From Rhizomicrobium sp. (GTDB lineage: Bacteria; Pseudomonadota; Alphaproteobacteria; Micropepsales; Micropepsaceae), in NCBI GenBank assembly GCA_035279305.1, contig DATEIA010000041.1, positions 6,082 to 70,081 on the forward strand: a stretch of 64,000 nt of DNA, given 5' to 3'. Under the pieces are notes generated by a model, which was not told the origin of the DNA, searched no databases, and saw only the letters and a program-made list of their open reading frames with translations. Made by a program: the position numbers and the translations under genes. Shown here piece by piece: positions 7,671 through 17,143 of this stretch (within the stretch, counting starts at the first letter, position 1; the number at the start of each line of letters is the position of its first letter).

Positions 7671-8978
7671 ATGGACAAGCCGGTCGCCCGGAATGACTTC
7701 AAAAGCCGCCTGCTGCGGCTGGTGAAAACCGACCAGTCCGGGGCCGGTGCGGCTGTTGCCGGCAGTGACGGCCAGGACCGGGTGATTGCGCGCAAGCCGC
7801 TATGGAAGCGCTATTGGGCGCACGCGGCGGTGGCGCTGCTGGCGGTGGCGGGCGCGGCGTGGCTGCTGGCGGGCAAGGGTGGCAATGTCTATCGCGCGCC
7901 GATCAACCAGCTCACCATCGGCGCGGTGCGTGAAGGTCCTTTCGAGGACTATATCGCCGTGCGCGGCGCGGTGGCGCCCTTCATCACTGCCTATCTCACC
8001 ACCGACCAGGGCGGCACCGTCAAGCAGGTGCTGGTGGAAGACGGCGCCATGGTCAAGGCAGGCCAGCCGCTGATCATACTTTCCAACCCCGCGCTGCAAT
8101 TGCAGGTCGCGGCCCAGCAGCTGACCTTCGAGCAGACACGTCTCAAGTACCAGCAGGATCTGCTGAACATCGAATATCAGATCGGCAAGCTGAAGGGCGA
8201 CCTGGAACGCGACAAAATCCTGCTGGACGGCAATGCCATCGCGCCCAGCACCTACCGGCAGGAGCAGGAGCAGTATGAGTATTATGTGAAGCTGCGCGCC
8301 GCGACCATTGCCAGCCGCCAGGTGGAACAGCGCGTGCGCTCCACCCAGCTCACCGGCGATACGTCCGGCAAGATCGACATCGCCAATGCCGGTGTCGAAG
8401 CTTTGACGATCCGTGCGCCGATGGACGGCCAGCTCACCGCCCTGGAGGCGGAAGTGGGCCAATCCAAGGCGTCGGGCGCGGTGATGGGACAGGTGAATTC
8501 CGCCGACCGCTTCAAGCTGACCGCCCAGGTGGACGAATTCTATCTGGGCCATGTCACCGCGGGGCAGTCGACCTTGTTCAATATCGGCGGCCGCGACTTC
8601 CGCGCCCATGTCTCCAAAGTCTATCCGCAAGTGACCAACGGCACCTTCAAGGCGGATTTCTATTTCGATGGCGCGGTGCCCAGCGGCATCCATATCGGTC
8701 AGGCCATCGACTTGAAAGTCGAATTGGGCGGGGCGACGCGCGCGGTGATGTTGCCCAATGGGCCCTTCTATCAGGACACCGGCGGCAATTGGGTGTTCGT
8801 GGTGACCCCCGACGGCAAGTCCGCGATTCGGCGCAATGTGCGGTTGGGCCGGCGCAATCCCGACTTTGTGGAAGTCGTTGAAGGGCTGAAACCCGGCGAG
8901 AAGGCGATTGTCTCGGGCTACGAAGCCTATCTCAAAATGGACCGGGTCGAATTCAGCTCCAGCAATTCTAATTTCTAG
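7671..8978 (+). CDS. MacA/HlyD-like periplasmic adaptor (membrane fusion protein)
   Basis: N-terminal TM, GGTVKQVLVEDGAMVKAGQPLI lipoyl half, IRAPMDG, VRLGRRN...VEVVEGLKPGE. Confidence 0.92.
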   Translation: MDKPVARNDFKSRLLRLVKTDQSGAGAAVAGSDGQDRVIARKPLWKRYWAHAAVALLAVAGAAWLLAGKGGNVYRAPINQLTIGAVREGPFEDYIAVRGAVAPFITAYLTTDQGGTVKQVLVEDGAMVKAGQPLIILSNPALQLQVAAQQLTFEQTRLKYQQDLLNIEYQIGKLKGDLERDKILLDGNAIAPSTYRQEQEQYEYYVKLRAATIASRQVEQRVRSTQLTGDTSGKIDIANAGVEALTIRAPMDGQLTALEAEVGQSKASGAVMGQVNSADRFKLTAQVDEFYLGHVTAGQSTLFNIGGRDFRAHVSKVYPQVTNGTFKADFYFDGAVPSGIHIGQAIDLKVELGGATRAVMLPNGPFYQDTGGNWVFVVTPDGKSAIRRNVRLGRRNPDFVEVVEGLKPGEKAIVSGYEAYLKMDRVEFSSSNSNF

Positions 8979-8992
8979 GGAAGAAAACGAAA

Positions 8993-9679
8993 ATGATCTC
9001 ATTCAAGCATCTGGCAAAGGTCTACCGCACCGACGAGGTGGAGACGACGGCGCTGCGCGACATCAATCTGGAGGTGAGCAAGGGCGAGTTCGTCGCCGTG
9101 ATGGGTCCGTCGGGTTGCGGCAAGTCCACCTTCCTCAATATCGTCGGCATGCTGGATGCGCCCAGCGGCGGCGAATACTGGTTTGCCGGACAGAATATCG
9201 CCGGCTATTCGGAATCGCGCCTGGCGGAGCTGCGCAAAAGCGCCATCGGCTTCGTCTTCCAAAGCTTCAACCTGATCGACGAGTTGAACGTACAGGAGAA
9301 TGTCGAACTGGCATTGCTCTATCATGCCGACGTGCCGGCGGGTGAGCGCAAGAAGCGCGCCGCCGAGGCGCTGGAGCGCATGAAGATCGGCCATCGCGCC
9401 CGCCACATGCCGTCGCAGCTTTCCGGCGGCCAGCAGCAGCGCGTCGCCATTGCCCGCGCCGTGGTGGCGCGGCCCAAGCTGATCCTGGCCGACGAACCCA
9501 CCGGCAACCTGGACACGGTGAACGGCGAGGAAGTGATGCAGCTGCTGACCCAGTTGAACGACGAGGGCACCACCATCGTGATGGTCACCCATTCCCACAG
9601 CCATTCCCAGTATGCCCACCGCGTCGTCAATCTGCTGGACGGCGCCATTGTCACCGAAAGCATCCGCCAAGTCCTTTGA
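8993..9679 (+). CDS. MacB/LolD-like ABC transporter ATP-binding protein
   Basis: GPSGCGKST, LSGGQQQR, LADEPTGNLD, VTH. Confidence 0.95.
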   Translation: MISFKHLAKVYRTDEVETTALRDINLEVSKGEFVAVMGPSGCGKSTFLNIVGMLDAPSGGEYWFAGQNIAGYSESRLAELRKSAIGFVFQSFNLIDELNVQENVELALLYHADVPAGERKKRAAEALERMKIGHRARHMPSQLSGGQQQRVAIARAVVARPKLILADEPTGNLDTVNGEEVMQLLTQLNDEGTTIVMVTHSHSHSQYAHRVVNLLDGAIVTESIRQVL

Positions 9680-9686
9680 GGTCCCC

Positions 9687-12155
9687 GTGATCGGCAATTA
9701 CCTCACCGTCGCGCTGCGCAATATCGCCCGGCACAAATTGTACAGTTTCATCAATATCGCGGGATTGGCGGTGGGGTTGGCCTGTGTGATCTTTATCATT
9801 CTGTTCATTCGCGACGAGCTGTCTTTCGACAAGTGGCTGCCGGGCAGCGACAATCTCTATCGTGTCGACACGGCCGCCCAGCTGCCGGGGACACCGATGG
9901 GTCATTTCGCCCTGGCGCCGTTTCCCCTCCCGGCGCTGATGAAGGATCATTTACCGGACGTGATGGCGATGACGCGGCTGTGGCCCATGCGTATGACTGT
10001 GCAGGTGGGCGACCGGCAATTCCCGGACCAAGTGAGTCAAGCAGATCCTAATCTATTTACGGTCCTGGGCTTGCCTCTGGCGGCGGGCGATCCGGATCAG
10101 GTGCTCCTGCGCCCGGAATCCATCGTGCTGTCGCAATCGCTGGCGCGCAAATATTTCGGTACCGCCGATCCAGTCGGGCGCACGGTGACGGTCAGCCGCA
10201 CCAATTGCGGCGTGGGAAAGACGAGCTGTCCGGATTCCATGGTATCGCTCCGTGTTACCGGCGTCATGCGCGATCTGCCGCACAACACCCAATTTAAGAT
10301 CGACGCCGTCATTCCCCATGGCTCACCGGCTGACCGCATCCGCGAGGAGGACAAAAAGGCCTGGTTCAATTTCAACGGCTTTGGTTATGTCCGGCTGGCG
10401 CCGGGCAGCGATCCCGTTGCCGTGGCAACAAAGTTGCGGCAGGTGATGGACCGCGTGGTCGATTTCTTCCCTGTCATCGGCACGCACCGGCCAGCCAGCC
10501 AGATCCTGCAGGTCGAGCTTGTCCGCTTTCGCGACGTTCACATGAATACCAGCAATACCACGGGCAGCCGGGTACCGACGGGTAGTTGGACGACGCTCTA
10601 TGGATTGGGGCTGATCGGTCTGGTGATCCTGCTGGCGGCCTGCTTCAATTTCACCAATCTGGCCACGGCGCGGGCCATGACGCGGGCGCGCGAGATTGGC
10701 CTGCGCAAATGCGTGGGTGCCAGCCGATACCAGGTCGCCACCCAGTTTCTGGGCGAATCCGTGCTGATGGCGGCCGTGGCGCTGGTCTTCGCCCTGGCTT
10801 TGGTCGAAATCCTGATGCCGGCTTATGACGCCTTCCTGCAGCGGCCAATCGCCCTGCGCTACCTGCAGGATTGGCCGCTGCTGCTGGCTATTGTCCTTGT
10901 CGCGGCGGCGGCGGGCTTGGTCAGCGGCATCTATCCCGCTTTGGTTCTGTCGGGCTTCCGTCCTGCCACCGCATTGCGCGGCAATCAGTCGGGGCAGGCG
11001 GGGTCGGGCGGACTGCGCAGCGTGCTGGTGGTGTTGCAGTTCACGGTTTCGATCGCGCTGGCCATCATCACCTTGGTGGTGTTCACCCAGATCGACTTTG
11101 TCCGCAACCAGAAGCTTGGATTCCGGCGCGATAACATACTTGTTGTCGGTACTGGCCGCATGACGGTCAGCATGCGAGAGAGCTTCATGGCGCAGTTGCG
11201 CTCCCATGCCGGTGTTGCGGGCGTGGCCTCGTCGGGCGACACGCCCTTTTCTCCCAGCATGCGCATCGAAACTGTCCAGGTTCCGGGCCAGTCAGCAACG
11301 CTGACTCCCGAAATGTTGCAAATCACGCCGGAATTTATCGACCTGTATGACATGAAACTGGCGACGGGACGGCTGCTGTCGGATAAACGCGGTGAGGATA
11401 TCGTAATTAACCGGCCCGATGCCCCCAATGATGGTCACAATATCCTGATCAACGAAGCTGCAGTCCGATATTTTGGTTTCACTGTGCAGGGTGCCACGGG
11501 CAAGACCATCCGCCTGGACAAGGACAGTCTGCACATTGTCGGTGTGCTGCGCGATGTCCATTTGAAGGGCGCGCGCAAGCAGGTTGGCCCCTCGCTATTC
11601 TTCAACGATAGGGAAAATTCCAACGTCGTTTCGATACGACTTACCGGTCGGGATGTTCCAGGCGTAGTTGCCTTCGTTGATCGCACCTGGCATCGCATGA
11701 TGCCGTCAGCCGCGATCTCACGTTCTTTCCTGGACGACAGTTTTGAGGCGCTGTATCGCGCCGATGTGCAGCAGGGTGAGCTCTTTGCCACCTTTGTCGC
11801 CGTCGCCATCTCCATCTCGGCGCTGGGCCTATTCGGCCTGGCGGCTTTTACCGCCGAGCGGCGCACCAAGGAAATCGGCATCCGCAAGGTGTTCGGGGCG
11901 CGCACGCGGGATGTCGTTTTCCTGCTGTTGTGGCAATTCTCACTTCCGGTGGTGCTGGCCAATCTGATCGCCTGGCCGCTGGCCTGGTATTATTTGCAGG
12001 GCTGGCTGCAAGGCTTCGCCTACCGCATCACCCTGAACCCGTTCTATTTCGCCGCGGCCGGCCTGGCGGCCTTGCTGATCGCCTGGGCGACGATCCTGGG
12101 CCATGCCTTGCGGGTCGCCCGCGCCAATCCCATCCACGCTTTGCGTTACGAATAG
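9687..12155 (+). CDS. MacB-like ABC permease (duplicated MacB_PCD/FtsX), paralog 1
   Basis: NYL..ALRN...HKLYSFINIAGLAVGLAC, NF.NLATARA..RAREIG.RK, RRTKEIGIRKVFGA, ends NPIHALRYE; GTG start. Confidence 0.92.
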   Translation: MIGNYLTVALRNIARHKLYSFINIAGLAVGLACVIFIILFIRDELSFDKWLPGSDNLYRVDTAAQLPGTPMGHFALAPFPLPALMKDHLPDVMAMTRLWPMRMTVQVGDRQFPDQVSQADPNLFTVLGLPLAAGDPDQVLLRPESIVLSQSLARKYFGTADPVGRTVTVSRTNCGVGKTSCPDSMVSLRVTGVMRDLPHNTQFKIDAVIPHGSPADRIREEDKKAWFNFNGFGYVRLAPGSDPVAVATKLRQVMDRVVDFFPVIGTHRPASQILQVELVRFRDVHMNTSNTTGSRVPTGSWTTLYGLGLIGLVILLAACFNFTNLATARAMTRAREIGLRKCVGASRYQVATQFLGESVLMAAVALVFALALVEILMPAYDAFLQRPIALRYLQDWPLLLAIVLVAAAAGLVSGIYPALVLSGFRPATALRGNQSGQAGSGGLRSVLVVLQFTVSIALAIITLVVFTQIDFVRNQKLGFRRDNILVVGTGRMTVSMRESFMAQLRSHAGVAGVASSGDTPFSPSMRIETVQVPGQSATLTPEMLQITPEFIDLYDMKLATGRLLSDKRGEDIVINRPDAPNDGHNILINEAAVRYFGFTVQGATGKTIRLDKDSLHIVGVLRDVHLKGARKQVGPSLFFNDRENSNVVSIRLTGRDVPGVVAFVDRTWHRMMPSAAISRSFLDDSFEALYRADVQQGELFATFVAVAISISALGLFGLAAFTAERRTKEIGIRKVFGARTRDVVFLLLWQFSLPVVLANLIAWPLAWYYLQGWLQGFAYRITLNPFYFAAAGLAALLIAWATILGHALRVARANPIHALRYE

Positions 12156-12164
12156 GAGGCGTTG

Positions 12165-14645
12165 ATGTTCCGCAACTATCTCGTCACCGCCCTGCGCAAC
12201 ATTGCCCGGCACAAATTGTACAGCTTCATCAACATCGCCGGCCTGGCGGTAGGACTGGCCTGCGCCATGCTGATCATCCTGTTTGTGCGGGACGAGCTGT
12301 CCTACGACGACTGGATCCCTGGCAGCGACAAACTCTATCGCGTCGAAGTGACTTTCCATGTGCCCGGCCGCTCCGACATTGTGACGGCGCAGACCACCAT
12401 GCCGCTGACGGTGGCGATGCACGACCAGATTCCGGAAGTCACCAGCCAGACCCGCTTGGTGCGGCAAAGCATGACCATGATAGCCGGCGACCGTCAATTT
12501 CTGGAGCAGGTTGGCACCGTCGATCCCAATTTCCTGCAAGTAGTTCCGCTGCCGCTGGTTTCGGGAGATCCGCGCACCGTGCTGTCGCGGCCGGACGGAA
12601 TTGTGGTTTCCCAACGGATCGCACGCAAATATTTCGGTGACGCCAATCCCATCGGCAAGATTCTGACGACGGGTCGCGGCGGCTGCGGCGCGGACACGGC
12701 CTGCGCCAACACCCAAGTGTCACTCAGAATCGTGGGCGTGATGCGCGACCTGCCGCACAACACCCAGCTCGACTTCGACTTTCTTGTGCCCAATACCTCG
12801 CTGGCCGATCGTATGATGCAGGAGGCCAAAAAGAACTGGCTTGCCAACAACGGCAGCTACGGTTACGTGACTCTGGCGCCGGGCGCCGATCCGGCCCAGG
12901 TTTTCGGCAAGTTGAAACCCATTCTGGACCGTTCGATCGATCTTTCACCCTTTACCAATGTCAAAATCCCGGGAAGCCGCATACTCGAACCGCGCCTGAC
13001 CCGGTTCACCAAAGCCCATCTGACCACCGACCGCTTTGGCGCCATGAAGGCGCCAGGAAGCTTGACCATCCTCTATGGCATCGGCGTGATTGGCGTATTG
13101 ATCCTGTTGGTGGCCTGCATCAACTTTATGAATCTGGCGACGGCGCGCGCCACCATGCGGGCGCGCGAGATCAGTTTGCGCAAGACCTTGGGCGCGACGC
13201 GCCGGCAGTTGATCGTGCAGTTCCTGGGCGAATCCGTGTTGATGACCTTGCTGGCGCTGGTTGTCGCGCTGGCGCTGGTGGAGATGGTGCTACCGGTCTT
13301 CAATGGTTTCCTGGGCGTACCACTGGCGATCCATTACCTGCAGGACTGGCCATTCAGCCTGGGCGTGCTGGCTATCGCCATCGCGGCGGGTTTGATCAGT
13401 GGCCTCTATCCCGCGCTGGTGCTGTCCGGCTTCCGGCCTGCCTCGGTGCTGCGCGCCAACCAATCGGGCAATCCCGGCTCTGGCGGCCTGCGTACGGCGC
13501 TGGTGGTGTTGCAATTCGCGGTTTCGATTGGGCTGGGAATCGCCGCCACCGTGGTATTTCAGCAGATCGACTTCGCGCGTCATGTCGATCTTGGTTTTCG
13601 CCGCGACAATATCGTTGTCACCGGCACCGCCGGACGGCTGTCGCCGGAGGGCGTTAAAAGTTTTGTGCAAACCCTGGAAAAGGGCCCTGGCATCCTGGGT
13701 GTGGCATCGTCCACCGCGATGGCTTTCAGTGGTGCCAATGACGTACTTCCCACCCAGAGACCGGGCGACCCGCAAATGTTGTCGCCCACGCATTTCGCGG
13801 TTTCGCCGGACTATTTCAGCCTCTACGGCATTAGAATCCTGGCCGGGCGGGTACTGTCCGACAAGCGGGCTGACGATGCGTTCTATTACCCGGACGACGA
13901 AAATTATGCCGCGCGCAATGAAGGCCACAATGTCATGGTCAATGCTGCTTTGGCCAAGGCGCTGGGCTATTCCCCGGCCGATATCATCGGAAAGACCTTC
14001 ATTTTCGGAAAGTCGCATATGCGGGTGGTGGGCGTCGCCGCCGACATGCTGGCCAATGGCGTGCGCACGCCCGTGGTGCAGACGGTCTTCGTATATTCGC
14101 CAAAGAGCATTGGCGGGCTATCCATCCGTATCGATGGGCGGCGTACCCAGGAAGCGATGGCCTATATCGAAAAGGTCACGCGCTTCTTTGTGAAGAATGT
14201 TGCGATGTCCCGTACGTTCCTGGACGACAGTTATGAGAAGCTCTATCAAGCCGACAAGAAGCAGGGCGCGATCTTCGCGATCTTTGTCGGTATAGCCATT
14301 TTCATCGCCTGCCTTGGCCTGTTCGGGCTGGCGGCCTTTACCGCCGAGCGGCGCACCAAGGAAATCGGCATCCGCAAGGTGTTCGGCGCGCGCGACCGGG
14401 ATGTGGTGGTGCTGCTGCTATGGCAATTCTCCTTGCCGGTGCTGATTGCCAATCTGATAGCCTGGCCCATCGCCTGGTACTATCTGCACGACTGGCTCAA
14501 CGGCTTTGCTTACCGCATCACCCTAAGCCCGCTCTACTTCGTGGGCGTGGGGATGATTGCGCTGATGATCGCCTGGTTGACCATCCTGGGCCATGCCTTG
14601 CGGGTCGCCCGCGCCAATCCCATCCACGCTTTGCGCTACGAGTAG
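12165..14645 (+). CDS. MacB-like ABC permease, paralog 2
   Basis: Same motifs; GGAGG RBS overlapping the upstream stop. Confidence 0.93.
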   Translation: MFRNYLVTALRNIARHKLYSFINIAGLAVGLACAMLIILFVRDELSYDDWIPGSDKLYRVEVTFHVPGRSDIVTAQTTMPLTVAMHDQIPEVTSQTRLVRQSMTMIAGDRQFLEQVGTVDPNFLQVVPLPLVSGDPRTVLSRPDGIVVSQRIARKYFGDANPIGKILTTGRGGCGADTACANTQVSLRIVGVMRDLPHNTQLDFDFLVPNTSLADRMMQEAKKNWLANNGSYGYVTLAPGADPAQVFGKLKPILDRSIDLSPFTNVKIPGSRILEPRLTRFTKAHLTTDRFGAMKAPGSLTILYGIGVIGVLILLVACINFMNLATARATMRAREISLRKTLGATRRQLIVQFLGESVLMTLLALVVALALVEMVLPVFNGFLGVPLAIHYLQDWPFSLGVLAIAIAAGLISGLYPALVLSGFRPASVLRANQSGNPGSGGLRTALVVLQFAVSIGLGIAATVVFQQIDFARHVDLGFRRDNIVVTGTAGRLSPEGVKSFVQTLEKGPGILGVASSTAMAFSGANDVLPTQRPGDPQMLSPTHFAVSPDYFSLYGIRILAGRVLSDKRADDAFYYPDDENYAARNEGHNVMVNAALAKALGYSPADIIGKTFIFGKSHMRVVGVAADMLANGVRTPVVQTVFVYSPKSIGGLSIRIDGRRTQEAMAYIEKVTRFFVKNVAMSRTFLDDSYEKLYQADKKQGAIFAIFVGIAIFIACLGLFGLAAFTAERRTKEIGIRKVFGARDRDVVVLLLWQFSLPVLIANLIAWPIAWYYLHDWLNGFAYRITLSPLYFVGVGMIALMIAWLTILGHALRVARANPIHALRYE

Positions 14646-14654
14646 GGGCCCTGC

Positions 14655-17135
14655 ATGTTCCAGAATTATCTCGTCACCGCGTTGCGCAATCTGGTTAGAC
14701 ACAAGCTCTATAGCTTCATCAATATCGCCGGGCTGGCGGTGGGGCTGGCTTGCGTGATCTTCATTCTGTTGTTCATCCGGGGCGAACTGTCTTACGACAA
14801 ATGGATTCCAGACACGCAAAACCTCTATCGGACTGAGTTGGCGATATACGTTCCGGGGCGCGATCCGCTCGCCATGGCCGTCGTGCCATTCCCGATGCCG
14901 GCCGCGATGCGCGACGAGATTCCGGAAGTGACTGGAATGACGCGCTTCCATCCCAGCACTATGACGCTGATGGTTGGCGACCGGCAATTCGCGGAACACG
15001 TTGCTGCGGTGGATCCTGACTTTTTTCAGATCATCAAGCTGCCGCTGACGCAAGGCGATCCAAGCCGCGTTTTTCGGGACCCTCAGTCGCTGGTTCTTTC
15101 GGAAAGCGCCGCGCGAAAATACTTCGGCAACACCGATGTCATGGGAAAGATCATGACAACCACGGCCAATTGTGAGGCCAATGATACAGCATGCCTTGGC
15201 CGAATGGTCTCCCTGAAGGTGACGGGCGTCATGCGGGACATTCCGTACAATACGCAATTCGATGGCGATGTGTTTTTTCCAAACACGTCCATTGTGGATC
15301 GTAACAGCAAAAAGGCAAAACTGAGCTGGAATACGGAGAATGGTTATGGCTATGTCCGGCTGACCTCAGGGGCAGACCCGCGTGCGGTTATCGCGAAGAT
15401 GGCGCCCATTCTTGATCGTGCCGTTACGGGAGAACTGACCGCTTCCGGGAATCCTTTGAAGGGGAGCCAGGCCTATACCGTCCATCTCACCCGCTTTACC
15501 GATGTCCATCTGACGCCGGAACGCTGGCGGTTCAGCTTCAAGCCCCCCGGCAGTTGGACCACCGTTTATGGCGTGGGTATTGTAGGCGTCCTGATTTTGT
15601 TTGTGGCCTGCTTCAATTTCATGAACTTGGCGACGGCACGCGCAATGTTGCGGGCGCGGGAAATCGCCCTGCGCAAAACCCATGGTGCCAATCGTGGCCA
15701 GTTGATCGTCCAGTTTTTGGGAGAAGCGGTGTTGATGGCGCTGCTGTCCCTGGTGTTGGCGCTGGCGCTGGTGGAAGTGCTGCAGCCGGCTTTTGGCCGC
15801 TTTCTTCTACATCCCATTGCTTTGCACTATGCCGGGGACTGGCCTCTGATGCTCATCATCGTTGGGATAACCATAGCCGCAGGATTGCTGAGCGGCAGCT
15901 ACCCCGCCTTGGTGTTGTCGGGCTTTCGGCCGGCAACGGTTCTGCGCGCCAACAACACAGGACAGGCTAGAACCGGACGGTTCCGCAACGCCCTGGTGGT
16001 TCTGCAATTCGCTGTGTCCATCGGATTGGGAATCGCCGCCGCCGTTGTGTTCACCCAGATCAGTTACGCACGCAACATCGATCTGGGGTTTCGCAAGAAC
16101 AATGTGCTGGTGGTTTCTGGGGCTGGACTACTGACCATCGGCGGCCAGGAGAGTTTCGTCCAGCAGCTACGATCCAACCCCGATGTTCTGGACGTGGCCA
16201 TGATCAACATACTGCCCTTTGATTCTAGCCAGATGACGTCGTCGGCACAGCTCGCCGGTCATCCCGAACGCATCGAACTGAATGAACGCGTTATTGGTAC
16301 CAACGCTGTCCAGCTGCTCGGCATGAAGCTGGTGGCCGGGCGCTTGTTGTCCGACAAGCGCGCTCAGGACCAAGTGGACCGAAGCAATGGCTGGCAGGAG
16401 CCCACGAATGACGGACGCAACCTCCTTATCGATCAGGCCGCTGCCTCCCGGCTCGGGCTGACGCCACAACAGGCCGTCGGTCAGACCATCATATTCCAGA
16501 AGAACCACATGCGTATCGTCGGCGTGCTTGCCGACGTGAAGTTTGGAGGCGCGCGCGAACCCGCCAAAGCGTCGGTCTATCTCTATGACCCAAAATTTAT
16601 GGCTGCCGCGATGATCCGCCTCCGGCCCGATGCCATACCCCAGACATTGGCCTCCATAGACCGGGCCTGGCATGGCTTTGCCCCAACGAGGGCGATGCAA
16701 CGACATTTCCTGGACGACAATTTCGGCAAACTGTACCAGGCCGACGAACGTCAGGGCAAAATGTTCGGCGCGTTCGTGCTTGTCGCTATTTTTATTGCCT
16801 GTCTGGGGTTGTTCGGGCTGGCGGCTTTCACCGTCGGTCGTCGCACCCGGGAAATCGGTATCCGTAAGGTGTTCGGGGCGCGTACCCGCGATCTGGTCAT
16901 TTTGCTGTTATGGCAATTCTCCATTCCCGTCATGGTCGCGAACGCCATCGCCTGGCCGGTCGCCTGGTACTATCTGCACGACTGGCTGCAGGGCTTCGCC
17001 TACCGCATCACCCTCAGCCCGCTCTATTTTGTCGCGGCAGGCTTTGCGGCGCTGGTGATCGCCTGGGCGACCATCCTGAGCCATGCCCTGCGCGTCGCTC
17101 GCGCCAATCCCATCCACGCTCTGCGCTACGAATAG
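14655..17135 (+). CDS. MacB-like ABC permease, paralog 3
   Basis: Same motifs, MFQNYL...NPIHALRYE. Confidence 0.93.
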   Translation: MFQNYLVTALRNLVRHKLYSFINIAGLAVGLACVIFILLFIRGELSYDKWIPDTQNLYRTELAIYVPGRDPLAMAVVPFPMPAAMRDEIPEVTGMTRFHPSTMTLMVGDRQFAEHVAAVDPDFFQIIKLPLTQGDPSRVFRDPQSLVLSESAARKYFGNTDVMGKIMTTTANCEANDTACLGRMVSLKVTGVMRDIPYNTQFDGDVFFPNTSIVDRNSKKAKLSWNTENGYGYVRLTSGADPRAVIAKMAPILDRAVTGELTASGNPLKGSQAYTVHLTRFTDVHLTPERWRFSFKPPGSWTTVYGVGIVGVLILFVACFNFMNLATARAMLRAREIALRKTHGANRGQLIVQFLGEAVLMALLSLVLALALVEVLQPAFGRFLLHPIALHYAGDWPLMLIIVGITIAAGLLSGSYPALVLSGFRPATVLRANNTGQARTGRFRNALVVLQFAVSIGLGIAAAVVFTQISYARNIDLGFRKNNVLVVSGAGLLTIGGQESFVQQLRSNPDVLDVAMINILPFDSSQMTSSAQLAGHPERIELNERVIGTNAVQLLGMKLVAGRLLSDKRAQDQVDRSNGWQEPTNDGRNLLIDQAAASRLGLTPQQAVGQTIIFQKNHMRIVGVLADVKFGGAREPAKASVYLYDPKFMAAAMIRLRPDAIPQTLASIDRAWHGFAPTRAMQRHFLDDNFGKLYQADERQGKMFGAFVLVAIFIACLGLFGLAAFTVGRRTREIGIRKVFGARTRDLVILLLWQFSIPVMVANAIAWPVAWYYLHDWLQGFAYRITLSPLYFVAAGFAALVIAWATILSHALRVARANPIHALRYE

Positions 17136-17143
17136 GAGGCGCC